A DNA stretch of 64,000 bases from Promethearchaeia archaeon (GTDB lineage: Archaea > Asgardarchaeota > Lokiarchaeia > Sigyniarchaeales > SOKP01): assembly GCA_029856145.1 (NCBI GenBank), contig JAHQWK010000032.1:1-64000 (forward strand), written 5' to 3'. The notes under the pieces were generated by a model. The model saw only the letters and a program-made list of their open reading frames with translations, was not told the DNA's origin and did not search any database. Shown here piece after piece: positions 48,741 through 59,934 of the stretch. Within the stretch, counting starts at the first letter, position 1; every line of letters begins with the position of its first letter. A program made the translations under genes and the position numbers.

Positions 48741-49778
48741 ATGAAATCTGTTGAAATAGCAGGTAATAAATTCGAAATTAAGGGTGGATTCCTTGATTTA
48801 GGTCTTTTAGAAATAAAGGATATGGACGAAATAATAGGATTATCAAAATTAAAAGATTTAAAGAATTTAGAACTAAGCTCGAATCAGATAGTGCATATAA
48901 ACGGTCTTGAAGCCCTAAATGAGTTAGAAATATTGAATTTGGGAAGTAATAGAATCATCCAAATTAAAGGATTGGAAAGTTTAGAAAACCTCAAGATTTT
49001 ACACTTAGTAAGTAATCAAATAACAGAAATTAAAGGATTAGAAAAGTTAGAAAACTTAGAAGAATTGTATTTACGAGGTAATCAAATAACAGAAATTGAA
49101 GGTCTAGACCACTTAAATTCATTAAAAAGGCTAGATCTTTCGTGGAATAACATTAATGAAATTAAAGGTCTTGAAGGATTATCAAATCTTGAAGTTCTAT
49201 GGATCATGGGAAATCAATTAGAGCAAATTAAAAATCTCGAAAGGTTAGAAAACTTAGAAGTATTAAATCTCGGAGGAAATCAAATTAAAAGTATTGGTGG
49301 AGTAGAACATTTAAAGAATTTAAAAAGTCTTTATATAAATAACAACAAAATTCAAAAAATTCAAGGGTTAGATAATTTGGAGAATCTAGAGACTCTATGG
49401 CTGAATACAAATCAAATTTCAGAAATTAGAGGCTTAGAAAATTGTAAAGATTTAAGAATTTTAAATTTAAAACAAAATGAAATAAATAATATAAAGGGAT
49501 TATATAACCTGACTAATATAGAAAACCTTTTTCTCTCAGAAAACAATATTGGAGAAATCAAAGGTCTTGAACCACTTACAAAATTGGAAACACTTGATTT
49601 AAGCCAAAATCATATTATTCAAATAAAAGGTTTGGAATCTTTAATGAATTTAAAAGATTTATGGCTTGCAGATAATCTTATCCCCCAAAAAATATTAGAT
49701 CAATTGGGAAGCTTGGATTCTGGTGGTTGTGCAAATGACCCAATGCAATTTGTTCAATATTGTCTTATTAATTTGTAA
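48741..49778 (+). CDS. Leucine-rich repeat protein (SDS22-like 22-aa repeats)
   Basis: About 12-13 repeats of LxxLxLxxNxIxxIxGLxxL. Confidence 0.93.
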   Translation: MKSVEIAGNKFEIKGGFLDLGLLEIKDMDEIIGLSKLKDLKNLELSSNQIVHINGLEALNELEILNLGSNRIIQIKGLESLENLKILHLVSNQITEIKGLEKLENLEELYLRGNQITEIEGLDHLNSLKRLDLSWNNINEIKGLEGLSNLEVLWIMGNQLEQIKNLERLENLEVLNLGGNQIKSIGGVEHLKNLKSLYINNNKIQKIQGLDNLENLETLWLNTNQISEIRGLENCKDLRILNLKQNEINNIKGLYNLTNIENLFLSENNIGEIKGLEPLTKLETLDLSQNHIIQIKGLESLMNLKDLWLADNLIPQKILDQLGSLDSGGCANDPMQFVQYCLINL

Positions 49779-49881
49779 TATTCACTAGATTTTTTTTACC
49801 ATTAAAAAATAATGTATAAAAATCATATTTTCTTCACATAACATTAATTATACTATTTTTAAAATGAACATGTTTTTGTAG

Positions 49882-51141
49882 GTGAATTTTTTGGAATTAA
49901 ATCCATTTGAAGTTGCTAAAAAGCAAATTGATATTGTCGCTGAAGAGATGGGGTTAGATCCAAATGTTAGGGAATACCTTAAAAGAGTTGAGAGAGCACT
50001 AATAGTAACAATCCCTATACTGATGGATGATGGTTCAATTCAAATTTTCGAAGGTTACCGGGTTCAGCATAGCACGGTGAGGGGTCCTGGAAAAGGAGGG
50101 ATAAGATATTCTCCAGAAGTCACATTAGATGAAGTTAAAGCATTAGCTATATGGATGACTTGGAAATGTAGTCTTTTGAATTTGCCTTTAGGTGGTGCTA
50201 AGGGTGGAGTTTGCGTGGATCCTAGAAAGTTATCTAATAGAGAATTGGAACATCTAACAAGGAGATATACATCTGAAATAATAAATATGATAGGTCCTGA
50301 TATTGATATTCCTGCTCCTGATGTTAATACAAATGCCCAGATCATGGCTTGGATAATGGATACTTACAGTATGAACAAAGGAAGATCTGTACCTGGAGTT
50401 GTAACAGGTAAACCCATTGAGATTGGAGGATCTGTGGGCAGAGAACCTGCTACAGGAATGGGATTGTATTATGTACTTGAGGCTATGTGTGAAAGACTAA
50501 AACTTGACTTGAAACCATTGAGTATTGTGGTTCAAGGGTTTGGAAATGTAGGTGGTACGATTGCTGATTTATTATATAAAGAGGGATGTAAAATAATGGC
50601 TGTTTCAGACATCTCAGGAGGAATTTATTATTCTGAAGGATTAGAAATTGATAAATTATTAGAATGGACTAAACAAGGTAAATATTTAAAAGATTATGAA
50701 GATAAGAAATATAAATTAATTACAAATGATGAATTATTAACTCTTGAATGTGATGTTTTAATTCCGGCAGCTCTCGAAAATCAAATAACGCAAAATAACG
50801 CGGATAAAATTAAATGTAAAATTGTATTAGAGGGTGCGAATGGTCCTGTTACAACTATAGCAGATAAAATATTACTTGATAAGGGAATCAAGGTGATTCC
50901 AGATATTCTTGCAAATGGAGGGGGCGTGTGCGTTTCATATTTTGAATATGTACAAGATATTCGTGCATATTTCTGGGAACTAGAAAGGATTAATAAAGAA
51001 TTAAAAAAGATCATATTAAAAGCATTTGAAGCTGTATATACGCTTTCGAAGGAAAGAAATATATCGCTCCGTACAGCGGCATATGTTATCGCAGTATCAA
51101 GGATTGCCAAAGCAATTGAACTACGAGGAATTTTTCCATAA
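49882..51141 (+). CDS. gdhA: Glutamate dehydrogenase
   Basis: GPGKGGIRY, GGAKGG, DIPAPDV, QGFGNVG, EGANGP, PDILANGGGV. Confidence 0.96.
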   Translation: MNFLELNPFEVAKKQIDIVAEEMGLDPNVREYLKRVERALIVTIPILMDDGSIQIFEGYRVQHSTVRGPGKGGIRYSPEVTLDEVKALAIWMTWKCSLLNLPLGGAKGGVCVDPRKLSNRELEHLTRRYTSEIINMIGPDIDIPAPDVNTNAQIMAWIMDTYSMNKGRSVPGVVTGKPIEIGGSVGREPATGMGLYYVLEAMCERLKLDLKPLSIVVQGFGNVGGTIADLLYKEGCKIMAVSDISGGIYYSEGLEIDKLLEWTKQGKYLKDYEDKKYKLITNDELLTLECDVLIPAALENQITQNNADKIKCKIVLEGANGPVTTIADKILLDKGIKVIPDILANGGGVCVSYFEYVQDIRAYFWELERINKELKKIILKAFEAVYTLSKERNISLRTAAYVIAVSRIAKAIELRGIFP

Positions 51142-51213
51142 CTTAATCATAAACTATTTATTTATTAAATAAAAATTAAAAAATTAAAAAATTAAAGATT
51201 GAAATTTTAAATA

Positions 51214-51642
51214 TTACTCTCCTGAAAGTTCCCTTAATGTATCTCGCATTATTCCATTAATCTCTCCATAGGAGATTGCAGCTTGAAGATCACCATCAAT
51301 TTTCAATTCTCCACTCATATAAGCACCTGTGCGGTCGATCTCCCCTGTTCCTAACCCTGTCCATGTAGCTCCCGTCGCTTTCATAGTAACACTCGGATCT
51401 TCTGCTTCACCCTCACCATAATCTACTGAACCTTCACCAACCTTTACCCAATATTTATAGTCTACATCTGTATACTCAAATTGAACAATAATTTCCTCCA
51501 TATCTTCTACTTCTTCTTTTATTTCGTCATTCTCTTCAGCAAGTTGTTTTAAAGCTTCTGCTAATATTAAAGCATCGGAAGGTTTTCTCTCTCCCTCTCC
51601 ATCTCTCAATTCTGCTAACTTTTTTAGCAAATTTATATCCAT
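51214..51642 (-). CDS. SCP2 sterol/lipid-binding domain protein
   Basis: DPSVTM...GEID...AYMSGELKIDGDL. Confidence 0.88.
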   Translation of the reverse strand: MDINLLKKLAELRDGEGERKPSDALILAEALKQLAEENDEIKEEVEDMEEIIVQFEYTDVDYKYWVKVGEGSVDYGEGEAEDPSVTMKATGATWTGLGTGEIDRTGAYMSGELKIDGDLQAAISYGEINGIMRDTLRELSGE

Positions 51643-51813
51643 TTTTAATACAACCTTTTTTTCAATGGTGTAGAATATCTTGTATATAAAGATATATAAT
51701 TAAGTTTTAAATATATTAAAAGGTTTTATTTATGATACGAACGCTGTATTTCACCTAAAACCTTCTAAATTTAGTATTAGTTAAGGAATTCTTTCAATTT
51801 CTAAATTTATCAT

Positions 51814-52338
51814 TCATAGCTTTTTAATAATTGATTTAGAAAATTTTTTCGCATTTTCAAGGTCATCTTCATTTGGCCGTCCTTTAAGCCTTTTTTGATG
51901 TTCTTCAGCTTCTTTTCTCTTATCTGGAGGTAATTTTTCTAACATTGATTTAATTGTTGCTTCCGGTATCCCAATATTATCACCCATACAATCAAATTCG
52001 CCTAAAATATTTGAACTACTTTTCTTAAGCGCTCTCTTAACTAATTTGAACCCATCTTGATACCCTTTAACACTAGCATGAGTACAAAAGAACACAAAAT
52101 TTTGAGGTAATACTTGAGCAGCAATTATTAAATCTGAAAGTGATTTGTTAACACGGCTTGCATATATACCAGATCCTAAAAAAATTAAATCGTAATCTTT
52201 TAAACACAACGGGTCAATATCTTTAACCGGTTTTAATTCGATCTCTTGACCTTCTAAACCTTCCTTAATACTTTGAGCAACCCTTTCTGTATTTCCTGTT
52301 TTTGAGAAATATGTAATTAGAATCTTCAACATTTTCAT
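51814..52338 (-). CDS. Flavodoxin-like protein
   Basis: YFSKTGNTERVA, YDLIFLGSGIY, RPNEDDLENA. Confidence 0.9.
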   Translation of the reverse strand: MKMLKILITYFSKTGNTERVAQSIKEGLEGQEIELKPVKDIDPLCLKDYDLIFLGSGIYASRVNKSLSDLIIAAQVLPQNFVFFCTHASVKGYQDGFKLVKRALKKSSSNILGEFDCMGDNIGIPEATIKSMLEKLPPDKRKEAEEHQKRLKGRPNEDDLENAKKFSKSIIKKL

Positions 52339-52405
52339 CTCTATCTGCTTTTTTTAAAAATAATTTGATAGTTGATGAATTTAATTAATTCTAATAAAAA
52401 AGTTT

Positions 52406-53314
52406 TTAATTTTCAATTTTCAAATTGAAGAAATTTATAGCATTCTCTATTGTTTTTTCACTTACTAGTGTTTGAGGTATATTATGAGAATATGCTATAG
52501 CTGCAATCGAATATCTTACATTTGAGGGAACATTTAAAGGCCCTCTTTTATATGGATGTTGATAATAAGAATCGGTTTCAGTTAATAATGATTCTAAAGG
52601 TGAGAATTTTGTAACCCTACACCATCTGTTAAAACCATATGCTGAGCTCGGTACAGAAAGTTTGAATCCTTGTTTTGGTAAATTTCTTCCATATTCTTCT
52701 GGACCAGAAAAACAATGCCATAAAACTCTTTGAGGAATTATTTTAAATTCATTTAATATTTTAAGAATCTCTTTATTTGCTCCATCTTTTTTGTTAAATC
52801 TATGTTTTGGATGTTGTCTATCAAATTCATGCTCAGCAGCATTTCTAACATGTAAAACATATGGTTTATTAAGATTTCGTGTTATTTCAATTATCTTTCT
52901 AAATTCTTCAACCTGTTTCTCTCTTTTCTCTAATATTTTAGCGTGGTGGAAGTCTAATCCAATTTCTCCTATAGCTAAATATTTCTCTTGATTTGCTTCA
53001 ATATAATTAACCCATTCTTGCCACTCTTTAACATATTTATTTTTGGGAGTATAAGTCACCGTCTGTGGAGCCCAACCGCAGGTAAAACCAAAATTTTTAT
53101 CAAATTCTTTCATAAAATTTAAAGTTAAACTTAGTGTTTGCATGTCTATTGTGCTAGTAATTAAATAATGCCCCCCCATTTTGAAAAAACTCAAATACTG
53201 TTCTTTATCAGAGGGTAATCGATCGTTTTTAGGACGGTGAAAAGGCAAATGGCAATGAACATCAATAAAATTTAACCCTGGCTCGGGTTCTGGAATGACA
53301 ATCTTTTTAGGCAT
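52406..53314 (-). CDS. tatD: TatD-family hydrolase
   Basis: IDVHCHL, IGEIGLD, LHVR, WHCF, ETD. Confidence 0.88.
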   Translation of the reverse strand: MPKKIVIPEPEPGLNFIDVHCHLPFHRPKNDRLPSDKEQYLSFFKMGGHYLITSTIDMQTLSLTLNFMKEFDKNFGFTCGWAPQTVTYTPKNKYVKEWQEWVNYIEANQEKYLAIGEIGLDFHHAKILEKREKQVEEFRKIIEITRNLNKPYVLHVRNAAEHEFDRQHPKHRFNKKDGANKEILKILNEFKIIPQRVLWHCFSGPEEYGRNLPKQGFKLSVPSSAYGFNRWCRVTKFSPLESLLTETDSYYQHPYKRGPLNVPSNVRYSIAAIAYSHNIPQTLVSEKTIENAINFFNLKIEN

Positions 53315-53429
53315 ATTAACTCTAAGTTAACTAATATTATCAAAAACTTTGATTGGTTAAATTCTTAAATAAATAGCAGTATTAAGATTTTATCAAATCT
53401 TTAAATAATGTCCTTTATTAAAAACTATT

Positions 53430-53843
53430 ATGGATGATCAGTTGAAGTCTATACTTAAAGAGTTAGATATAAAAAAGAAAAAACTACAACCAAAAATAGA
53501 TGAGATTAACGCAAAAAGAGAAGAAGAAATCCAAAATGTAAATAAAAAATATGACCATATGATATTTGACATTAATTATACCGCTGAACAATTAGAAAAT
53601 GAATTTTGTAACGATCTAATTAAATCTTTTATACAGATTGTAACAAGAGAATTTGATAGAAAAAGAAGTTCAGATATATATGAAGTGTCACGCGAATTTA
53701 AAGATTACAGAGAGTCTATTGGTGAATTCGATATGTTCCCTGAAGAGTTGATTAATAAAATGCATAAAGTAATAGATGGGGGGCCAATAGAAGATATAAT
53801 GTACGATCTTGAAAAGATTCAAAAAAAATATTTGAGACCTTAA
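53430..53843 (+). CDS. Hypothetical coiled-coil protein
   Basis: 137-aa charged helical ORF. Confidence 0.7.
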   Translation: MDDQLKSILKELDIKKKKLQPKIDEINAKREEEIQNVNKKYDHMIFDINYTAEQLENEFCNDLIKSFIQIVTREFDRKRSSDIYEVSREFKDYRESIGEFDMFPEELINKMHKVIDGGPIEDIMYDLEKIQKKYLRP

Positions 53844-53994
53844 TTTTTATATCTTTTAGAACTAAATTATCAGGATTTACTTTTGAAGTGATTTGAAGAT
53901 GCTTTTTTTAGATATTATTTAGATATTACATACGTAAATATGTATATTTGAATCTCTTGGATTATAATAAAATTATAGTTTTAATAATGTAAAG

Positions 53995-54138
53995 ATGGAG
54001 TTATTTGAAGAAGAAGTGGAAATATATAACTCTAAAATGAAAAACTTATCGTGGGTTTACGATGAGCTACGAATCCAACCCGAAATATTGAAAGATATTA
54101 TTAATGATAAAGGGCAAAAATTACCATTAAACGTATAA
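53995..54138 (+). CDS. Possible small protein (47 aa)
   Basis: MELFEEEVEIYNSKMKNLSWVYDELRIQPEILKDIINDKGQKLPLNV fills an otherwise empty gap. Confidence 0.35.
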   Translation: MELFEEEVEIYNSKMKNLSWVYDELRIQPEILKDIINDKGQKLPLNV

Positions 54139-54699
54139 ATCCCTCTTTAAATGTATCTTTATTATTGATCTTAATATCATCTTAACTTTTTGAACATATT
54201 CAGAAATGTTTCCCTTATCTGGAATATGAATAAAGATAACTGGATATTCCTTTTTTGAAAGAGAGAGCGCCCAATAATAGAGACAATTGCATAAATACAA
54301 TCCGGGAAAGTAAGATATTGAAATTTTTGTTTTATCTTCAAGATTCGAGTAAATTTTATTAAGATTTAACGTTGTTTTAATCCAAGGAGGAGAATATACT
54401 TTTATTGGTCCAAATTTAAACTTTTTTTCTTTATCATCACCAACCTTGAAGTTCCATCCAAATTTTTCAAGATAAATCTTATCACCTGAATGAATACCTA
54501 GAAGGACTACTAAATCAGGTTCTGATTTCAATTCTGATAAAAGAGTTTTATAGGATTTAATACTCTGTTTCCAACTTACAGGTATTATTTCTCTTCTAAT
54601 CTGAAATGCTTCATTATCGAATTGAAGCTTTTTTACAATTTCACTACTTAAATTTGTAGTGTATTTACCATATGGACCAAAACCAGTTAATATAATCAC
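54127..54699 (-). CDS. pcp: Pyroglutamyl-peptidase I
   Basis: LTGFGPY...N.S, LE, GLYLCN, FIHIP. Confidence 0.88.
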   Translation of the reverse strand: MIILTGFGPYGKYTTNLSSEIVKKLQFDNEAFQIRREIIPVSWKQSIKSYKTLLSELKSEPDLVVLLGIHSGDKIYLEKFGWNFKVGDDKEKKFKFGPIKVYSPPWIKTTLNLNKIYSNLEDKTKISISYFPGLYLCNCLYYWALSLSKKEYPVIFIHIPDKGNISEYVQKVKMILRSIIKIHLKRDLYV

Positions 54700-54777
54700 A
54701 ATTAGATTAAATATATTAATTGTAAATAAAAAATTAAAAAAATTTGTGAAAAAGAATATGAATATTAGTACAAGACT

Positions 54778-55197
54778 TTATTCTTCTGTAATTTCTTTTG
54801 CTTTTGCTTTATCTAAGGCAACTATCTGCTTTTCTAACTGCTTTATTTCGCTTTGAACTTCTTTAATCTTATTTTTCTTTTCGTTTTCAATTTCTTTTAA
54901 TTTACCGTTTAAAGCTTTTGATTTTTCGTTTTTTAACTGAGCAAGTGCTTTATCAGCAGTTTTGGCGGATGAAAGCTTTTCTTTCTTTTTTTGCGTCCAT
55001 TCTTCTGCTTTTTGAATAGCTTCTTCACGTAATTGTACTTCTTCATTGAGTTTTGTTTGTGCTTCTTCAATTCTAAGATCAAATTCTTCCTCAATTTCTT
55101 TTTCAGCAGATGCGTCTTTTTTTGAAGCATCCTCTTCAATTCTAGTTATCTCATCCTCTTTTGCGCTAATTTGGCCTCTAATATGTTCTTCAGACAT
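54778..55197 (-). CDS. Coiled-coil protein
   Basis: E/K/A-rich heptads. Confidence 0.75.
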   Translation of the reverse strand: MSEEHIRGQISAKEDEITRIEEDASKKDASAEKEIEEEFDLRIEEAQTKLNEEVQLREEAIQKAEEWTQKKKEKLSSAKTADKALAQLKNEKSKALNGKLKEIENEKKNKIKEVQSEIKQLEKQIVALDKAKAKEITEE

Positions 55198-55360
55198 ATA
55201 ACATCAATTTTTTAATTTAAGAATCTATTTATTGTTCGATATCTTTGTTAAACTTACAAATCTTTTAAATTTTAAGCTTGTTCTAGAAGTTTTAAGATAA
55301 GTAGCTTTTTAAACTTTTTACAAAGTAGTTTAAAAGATATTTTGTATCCTTTTACAAATT

Positions 55361-55888
55361 CTAATTAGATGTTATAGTAAATTCCCACGCACACCAATAA
55401 TCATCTGGGTGATTATCTGGAGGACAAGCTATACACTTTGTTTCTATTCGAGGATCTATGGTTTTTGCAAATAAACCATATTCTATAACACCAACTTGCT
55501 TACAGGGAAAATCTGGAAGTCCTCTACGTTTTCTAGCAGATTGAACACGACAATCAATCATCCTAAACACGCATCTATCTTCCGAAACTTCAAGAATTTC
55601 TTGTATATTAATATTTGCATATACTCGATATTTTAAAGCTTTCATTAAAGCTGGAATGCCACCATTTTCGGAAATATTAAACCTGTGCATAATTCTTTTA
55701 GCTTCAATAATTGTAAAGCGTTTCCATTGCTTAACGTCAAGTTCTAAAGCCTTTTCGAGACCATATTCCGTTTCAACTGCTTGAAACCACGTACCATCTA
55801 TAGCTAACCAGTTTTTAGAAATATCTTCAACATAATCCATCAATTCCTGCTTAGAAAGTGATTCTAAATCTTCTCTCATTTTATTCAA
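55361..55888 (-). CDS. DUF6125-like protein (V4R/ATC-hydrolase-like fold)
   Basis: WLAIDGTWF, CRVQSAR..RGL..FPC, C.ACPPD.HP...WCAWEF. Confidence 0.75.
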   Translation of the reverse strand: MNKMREDLESLSKQELMDYVEDISKNWLAIDGTWFQAVETEYGLEKALELDVKQWKRFTIIEAKRIMHRFNISENGGIPALMKALKYRVYANINIQEILEVSEDRCVFRMIDCRVQSARKRRGLPDFPCKQVGVIEYGLFAKTIDPRIETKCIACPPDNHPDDYWCAWEFTITSN

Positions 55889-56085
55889 CCTATTAAATTA
55901 AAAAAAACTTAATTTTGAAAATTATCTAAACCTTAAATAGGTTAACTTAGTTAATTGATAAGTATCAAAATAGTACGCAAAAAGGGATAAAAGTGGGTGA
56001 AATCGAAAAGAAAAATTTAATAGTATTTTAATTTTAATTATTTTAGTATCTTTTTTATCCAGAGATGCATAAATATAGAAAATAG

Positions 56086-58023
56086 TTGAAGAAAATGGGA
56101 AAAACTTTAACAGAAAAAATCTTAGAACAACATTTAGTTGATGGTATCTTGGAGAAAGGAACAGATATTGCAATAAAAATTGACCAAACCTTGACTCAAG
56201 ATGCTACTGGTACGATGGCATATTTACAATTTGAAGCTATGGGTGTCTCTTGGGTTCAGACAGAATTATCTGTAAGTTACGTTGATCATAACACATTGCA
56301 AACTGATTTTAAGAATCCTGACGATCATAGATATCTACAAAGTATTGCGGCGAAGTATGGTTTATTCTTTTCACGTCCAGGAAATGGTATTTGTCATCAG
56401 TTGCATCTTGAACGATTCGCACGTCCAGGGAGAACATTACTAGGAAGTGATAGCCATACACCTACAGGAGGGGGTGTAGGATCAATATCAATCGGAGCTG
56501 GTGGACTTGATGTAGCTGCTGCCATCGCAGGAGAGCCCTTTAGATTAAAAATGCCAAATATAGTAAACGTATATCTTACAGGAAGCCTCCCTGATTTTGT
56601 ATCTGCTAAAGATGTAATTTTGGAAGTCTTAAGGAGGATTGGTGTAAAAGGAGCTGTAAATAAGGTTCTAGAATACACTGGACCAGGAATAAAAACACTA
56701 ATTGTTCCTGAAAGAGGTACAATTACGAATATGGGAACAGAAACGGGAGCTACAACATCGATCTTTCCCTCCGATGAAATAACAAAGCAATTCTTAGAAG
56801 CCCAAGAAAGGGGAAATCAATGGATTCAATTAGAACCAGATGATGATGCAGTGTATGACGAAACGATCGAAATAAACTTAAGTGAATTGGAACCACTAAT
56901 TGCTGAACCTCATAGTCCTGGGAATGTCAAAACTGTAAGAGAATTAGAAGGGTTGAATGTAGATCAAGTTTGTATTGGTAGTTGTACTAATTCTTCTTTA
57001 AAAGATCTTAAAGTTAGTGCAAATATGTTAAAAGGAAAAACTATTGCTCTAAATACAGTTTTAACAGTATCTCCTGGTTCTAGACAGGTGGTGGATCATA
57101 TGGTTGATTCAGGTGAAATGGGTTATTTAGTTGAGGCCGGAGCAAGAATATTAGAGAACGCTTGCGGTCCTTGTATAGGAATGGGCTTAGCTCCTAAAAG
57201 CAATGCGGTATCTTTAAGAACATTTAACAGAAATTTTCTTGGAAGGTCAGGTACTAAGAGTGCTAATGCGTATCTAGTAAGTCCAGAAACAGCAGCTATA
57301 GCTGCTATCGAGGGAAAGATAACAGATCCACGAAAATTCGGTAAACTTCCAAAATTTGAAATGCCTAAGAAATTTATGGTAAATGATAATATGATTGTGC
57401 CACCACTACCTCCTGAAGAAGCTAAGAAGATAGAGATCATAAGAGGTCCTAATATTAAACCATTACCTGAATTTAATCCATTACCAGATAAATTAGAGGG
57501 AGAAGTGCTTCTAAAAGTTGAGGATGATATAACAACGGATCATATAATGCCTGCTGGAGCTAAAATTTTACCATTTAGAAGTAATATACCAGAAATTAGC
57601 AAATTTGTTTTCAATATGGTTGATGAATCCTTTCATGATAGATCTCTTGAAAAAGCAGGGGGCTTCATTGTTGGAGGAGATAATTATGGGCAAGGTTCAA
57701 GTCGTGAACATGCTGCTATTGCACCTAAATATCTCGGAATCAAAGCAGTTATAGTAAAAAGCTTTGCACGTATTCATTTAGCTAATCTTGTAAATTTTGG
57801 AATTGTACCATTAACCTTTGTGAATAAAGAAGACTATGATAAAATTGAACAAGGAGATCGATTTGAGATTGATCTAACTGCTATTAACTCTGGTAGAGTC
57901 TCATTAAAAAACCTTTCCAAAAATTTAGATATCGAATTGACTCATTCTCTTAGCGAACAAGATTTAGACGAATTAATGGCTGGTGGGAAATTAACACTTA
58001 TAAAGCAAAAACATGCTAAATAG
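56086..58023 (+). CDS. acn: Aconitate hydratase (short single-chain type)
   Basis: QDATGT, GICHQ, DSHT, IGSCTN, CGPCIG, TTDHI, NYGQGSSREHA; ATG at 56095 is the likely start. Confidence 0.93.
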   Translation: MKKMGKTLTEKILEQHLVDGILEKGTDIAIKIDQTLTQDATGTMAYLQFEAMGVSWVQTELSVSYVDHNTLQTDFKNPDDHRYLQSIAAKYGLFFSRPGNGICHQLHLERFARPGRTLLGSDSHTPTGGGVGSISIGAGGLDVAAAIAGEPFRLKMPNIVNVYLTGSLPDFVSAKDVILEVLRRIGVKGAVNKVLEYTGPGIKTLIVPERGTITNMGTETGATTSIFPSDEITKQFLEAQERGNQWIQLEPDDDAVYDETIEINLSELEPLIAEPHSPGNVKTVRELEGLNVDQVCIGSCTNSSLKDLKVSANMLKGKTIALNTVLTVSPGSRQVVDHMVDSGEMGYLVEAGARILENACGPCIGMGLAPKSNAVSLRTFNRNFLGRSGTKSANAYLVSPETAAIAAIEGKITDPRKFGKLPKFEMPKKFMVNDNMIVPPLPPEEAKKIEIIRGPNIKPLPEFNPLPDKLEGEVLLKVEDDITTDHIMPAGAKILPFRSNIPEISKFVFNMVDESFHDRSLEKAGGFIVGGDNYGQGSSREHAAIAPKYLGIKAVIVKSFARIHLANLVNFGIVPLTFVNKEDYDKIEQGDRFEIDLTAINSGRVSLKNLSKNLDIELTHSLSEQDLDELMAGGKLTLIKQKHAK

Positions 58024-58067
58024 AAAAATAAACAATAATTTTTTTTATTCTTTTTATATTTATCATT

Positions 58068-58853
58068 TTGATGTTTGATAAAAAATTCAAGCACGATCCG
58101 AAAAAACGGTTTTCTTCAAGAGTAGAAAGATACATCAAATATAGACCCGGTTATCCTCAAGGAGTAATTAATTTCTTGAGAGAGAGAAAAATCTTTTTCA
58201 CTAATTGTGTAATCGCTGACATCGGATCAGGAACAGGTATATTGAGTGAGCTTTTTCTGAAAGAGGGGAATTTGGTCTATGGAGTGGAGCCAAATATTAA
58301 TATGAGAGAGGCAGGGGAAAAACTCTTAAGCAAATATTCAAATTTTGTTAGTATTGATGGATCAGCAGAGACTACAACGTTAAAATCAAATGATATTGAT
58401 ATTATAATAGCAGGTCAAGCATTTCATTGGTTTAATTTAGAAAAAGCTAGATTAGAGTTTTTACGTATTCTTAAGCCAGACGGATGGGTTGTATTAATTT
58501 GGAATCGTCGAAAAAAGAAGACAAATGAATTCTTAAAGGAGTATGAGAAGTTTTTATTGAAGTATGGAACTGATTATAAAGCTATCGAGAAGAGTAAGCT
58601 CGATTTTGATAAATTTTATGGTAGGAATAAATCAGATATAAAATATAAAAAAACAAAATTCGATAACTTTCAAATATTTGATTACAGCGGTTTAGAAGGG
58701 CGACTACTTTCTACGTCATATATCCCTTTAGATGATCATCCGAAACATAATGATATGTTACTTGATTTAAAACGATTATTTAAAAAATATCAAGAAAATG
58801 GTCTTATTAGATTTGAATACGATACTGAAGTTATCTATGGTCAATTAATATAA
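58068..58853 (+). CDS. Class I SAM-dependent methyltransferase
   Basis: YRPGYP, ADIGSGTG, AGQAFHWF. Confidence 0.92.
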   Translation: MMFDKKFKHDPKKRFSSRVERYIKYRPGYPQGVINFLRERKIFFTNCVIADIGSGTGILSELFLKEGNLVYGVEPNINMREAGEKLLSKYSNFVSIDGSAETTTLKSNDIDIIIAGQAFHWFNLEKARLEFLRILKPDGWVVLIWNRRKKKTNEFLKEYEKFLLKYGTDYKAIEKSKLDFDKFYGRNKSDIKYKKTKFDNFQIFDYSGLEGRLLSTSYIPLDDHPKHNDMLLDLKRLFKKYQENGLIRFEYDTEVIYGQLI

Positions 58854-58866
58854 ATTTGAGAAAAAA

Positions 58867-59934
58867 TTAAGATTCTTTTATATAATAATTTATTGAGCCC
58901 TTTATCATTTTAAACTTTTCAAGTGAAGGTTTAAATTCTCCCTTTTTTAATAAATCTAATCCTTCATTGTTTAATTTCATAACAGCTTCCTTAAGTTCTT
59001 CAAAGCTAAGATCTTTTTGAAGTTTTATTAAAACTTTTGAATATTCTTCAATTAAATTAGTCTTTTTTATAGATTCAGCAAGTTTCAAAAGATTCTCACA
59101 TTGTGAAATCGCGGTTTCAAATTTCTTATCTTTTTGAAGTGTTTTAATTTCTTCTACTAGTTTCTCAATGGTTAGTACAACATTTGAATAAGCTTTTTCT
59201 GCATTTATAACATCTGTGAGAATATATTCTAATTCTTGTAGATAATCTTTTATTCCATTTTCATTTAGTTGTGTGATAATTGTAGTTAATTTTGGTTTAA
59301 GATCATCAAAAAGGTACTTTTCTTTTAATTCAATGCTTTCCTCGATAACTTTTTGAGCAATGTCAATAAGTTCTTTTCTAGTTTTAGTCGCTAAATGTTT
59401 GTTTTTAAGATCTTTCCATTTGTTTCTTAAATCATCATCATCAAGTTGAGAAAGTAAATTTTTTGCTTTTTCTATTGTATCCTGTGTTTTTAAAAAATCT
59501 TCTGCTATTAAACCTGCGTTAAAACTATGTTCTAATTGATTTAATTCAATTTTTAATTTTTTTATGTTTTCTAGCCTTAGTCTCTCTTGTTCAGCTCGCA
59601 ATTTTTCCCTTTTTCTTTCCTCTTTCTCTTTTAAAAGCTTTTTTATTCGAGCAATTAGTTCTTCTTGTTCCCTGATAAAAGATTTTAGATTTTCTGGTTT
59701 TGCTAATTCTATAATTTCATAAGCAAGTGATAATGCTTCCTTTAATTGTCCCTTTATATATGCTTGGCCTTGAATTGCAAGTCGATTGTCAATTTGTTCT
59801 ACAACTCTAATTTTTCTTTTTTCTTCTTTTTCTTTCACTTCCTCTATAGGTTCTGTTTGATCTTCAGTCAAATTTTTCACCTTTTTTCTCTTTTTAAATT
59901 TTATACTCCTGTATTTGTAAAATAATTTGCTCAA
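58867..59934 (-). CDS. Helical/coiled-coil repeat protein, paralogous to the C-terminal part of the upstream gene
   Basis: Shared repeat (EIIELAK...EQ; L.K.W..LK; C..L..LA.SI.K..L.E.Y; ..GL..L.KG....SL..F). The true start is probably near 59880. Confidence 0.75.
   Translation of the reverse strand: MSKLFYKYRSIKFKKRKKVKNLTEDQTEPIEEVKEKEEKRKIRVVEQIDNRLAIQGQAYIKGQLKEALSLAYEIIELAKPENLKSFIREQEELIARIKKLLKEKEERKREKLRAEQERLRLENIKKLKIELNQLEHSFNAGLIAEDFLKTQDTIEKAKNLLSQLDDDDLRNKWKDLKNKHLATKTRKELIDIAQKVIEESIELKEKYLFDDLKPKLTTIITQLNENGIKDYLQELEYILTDVINAEKAYSNVVLTIEKLVEEIKTLQKDKKFETAISQCENLLKLAESIKKTNLIEEYSKVLIKLQKDLSFEELKEAVMKLNNEGLDLLKKGEFKPSLEKFKMIKGSINYYIKES

Noticed and set aside
48741-49778. 66-nt periodic DNA similarity as a CRISPR or tandem repeat
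   Set aside because: Explained by the 22-aa LRR coding repeats; there is no spacer structure.
59894-59934. 41-nt overlap between the two helical-repeat genes as a programmed frameshift
   Set aside because: The downstream gene has its own plausible start near 59880/59871 with an AGGTGA RBS, and both proteins end in homologous C-termini.
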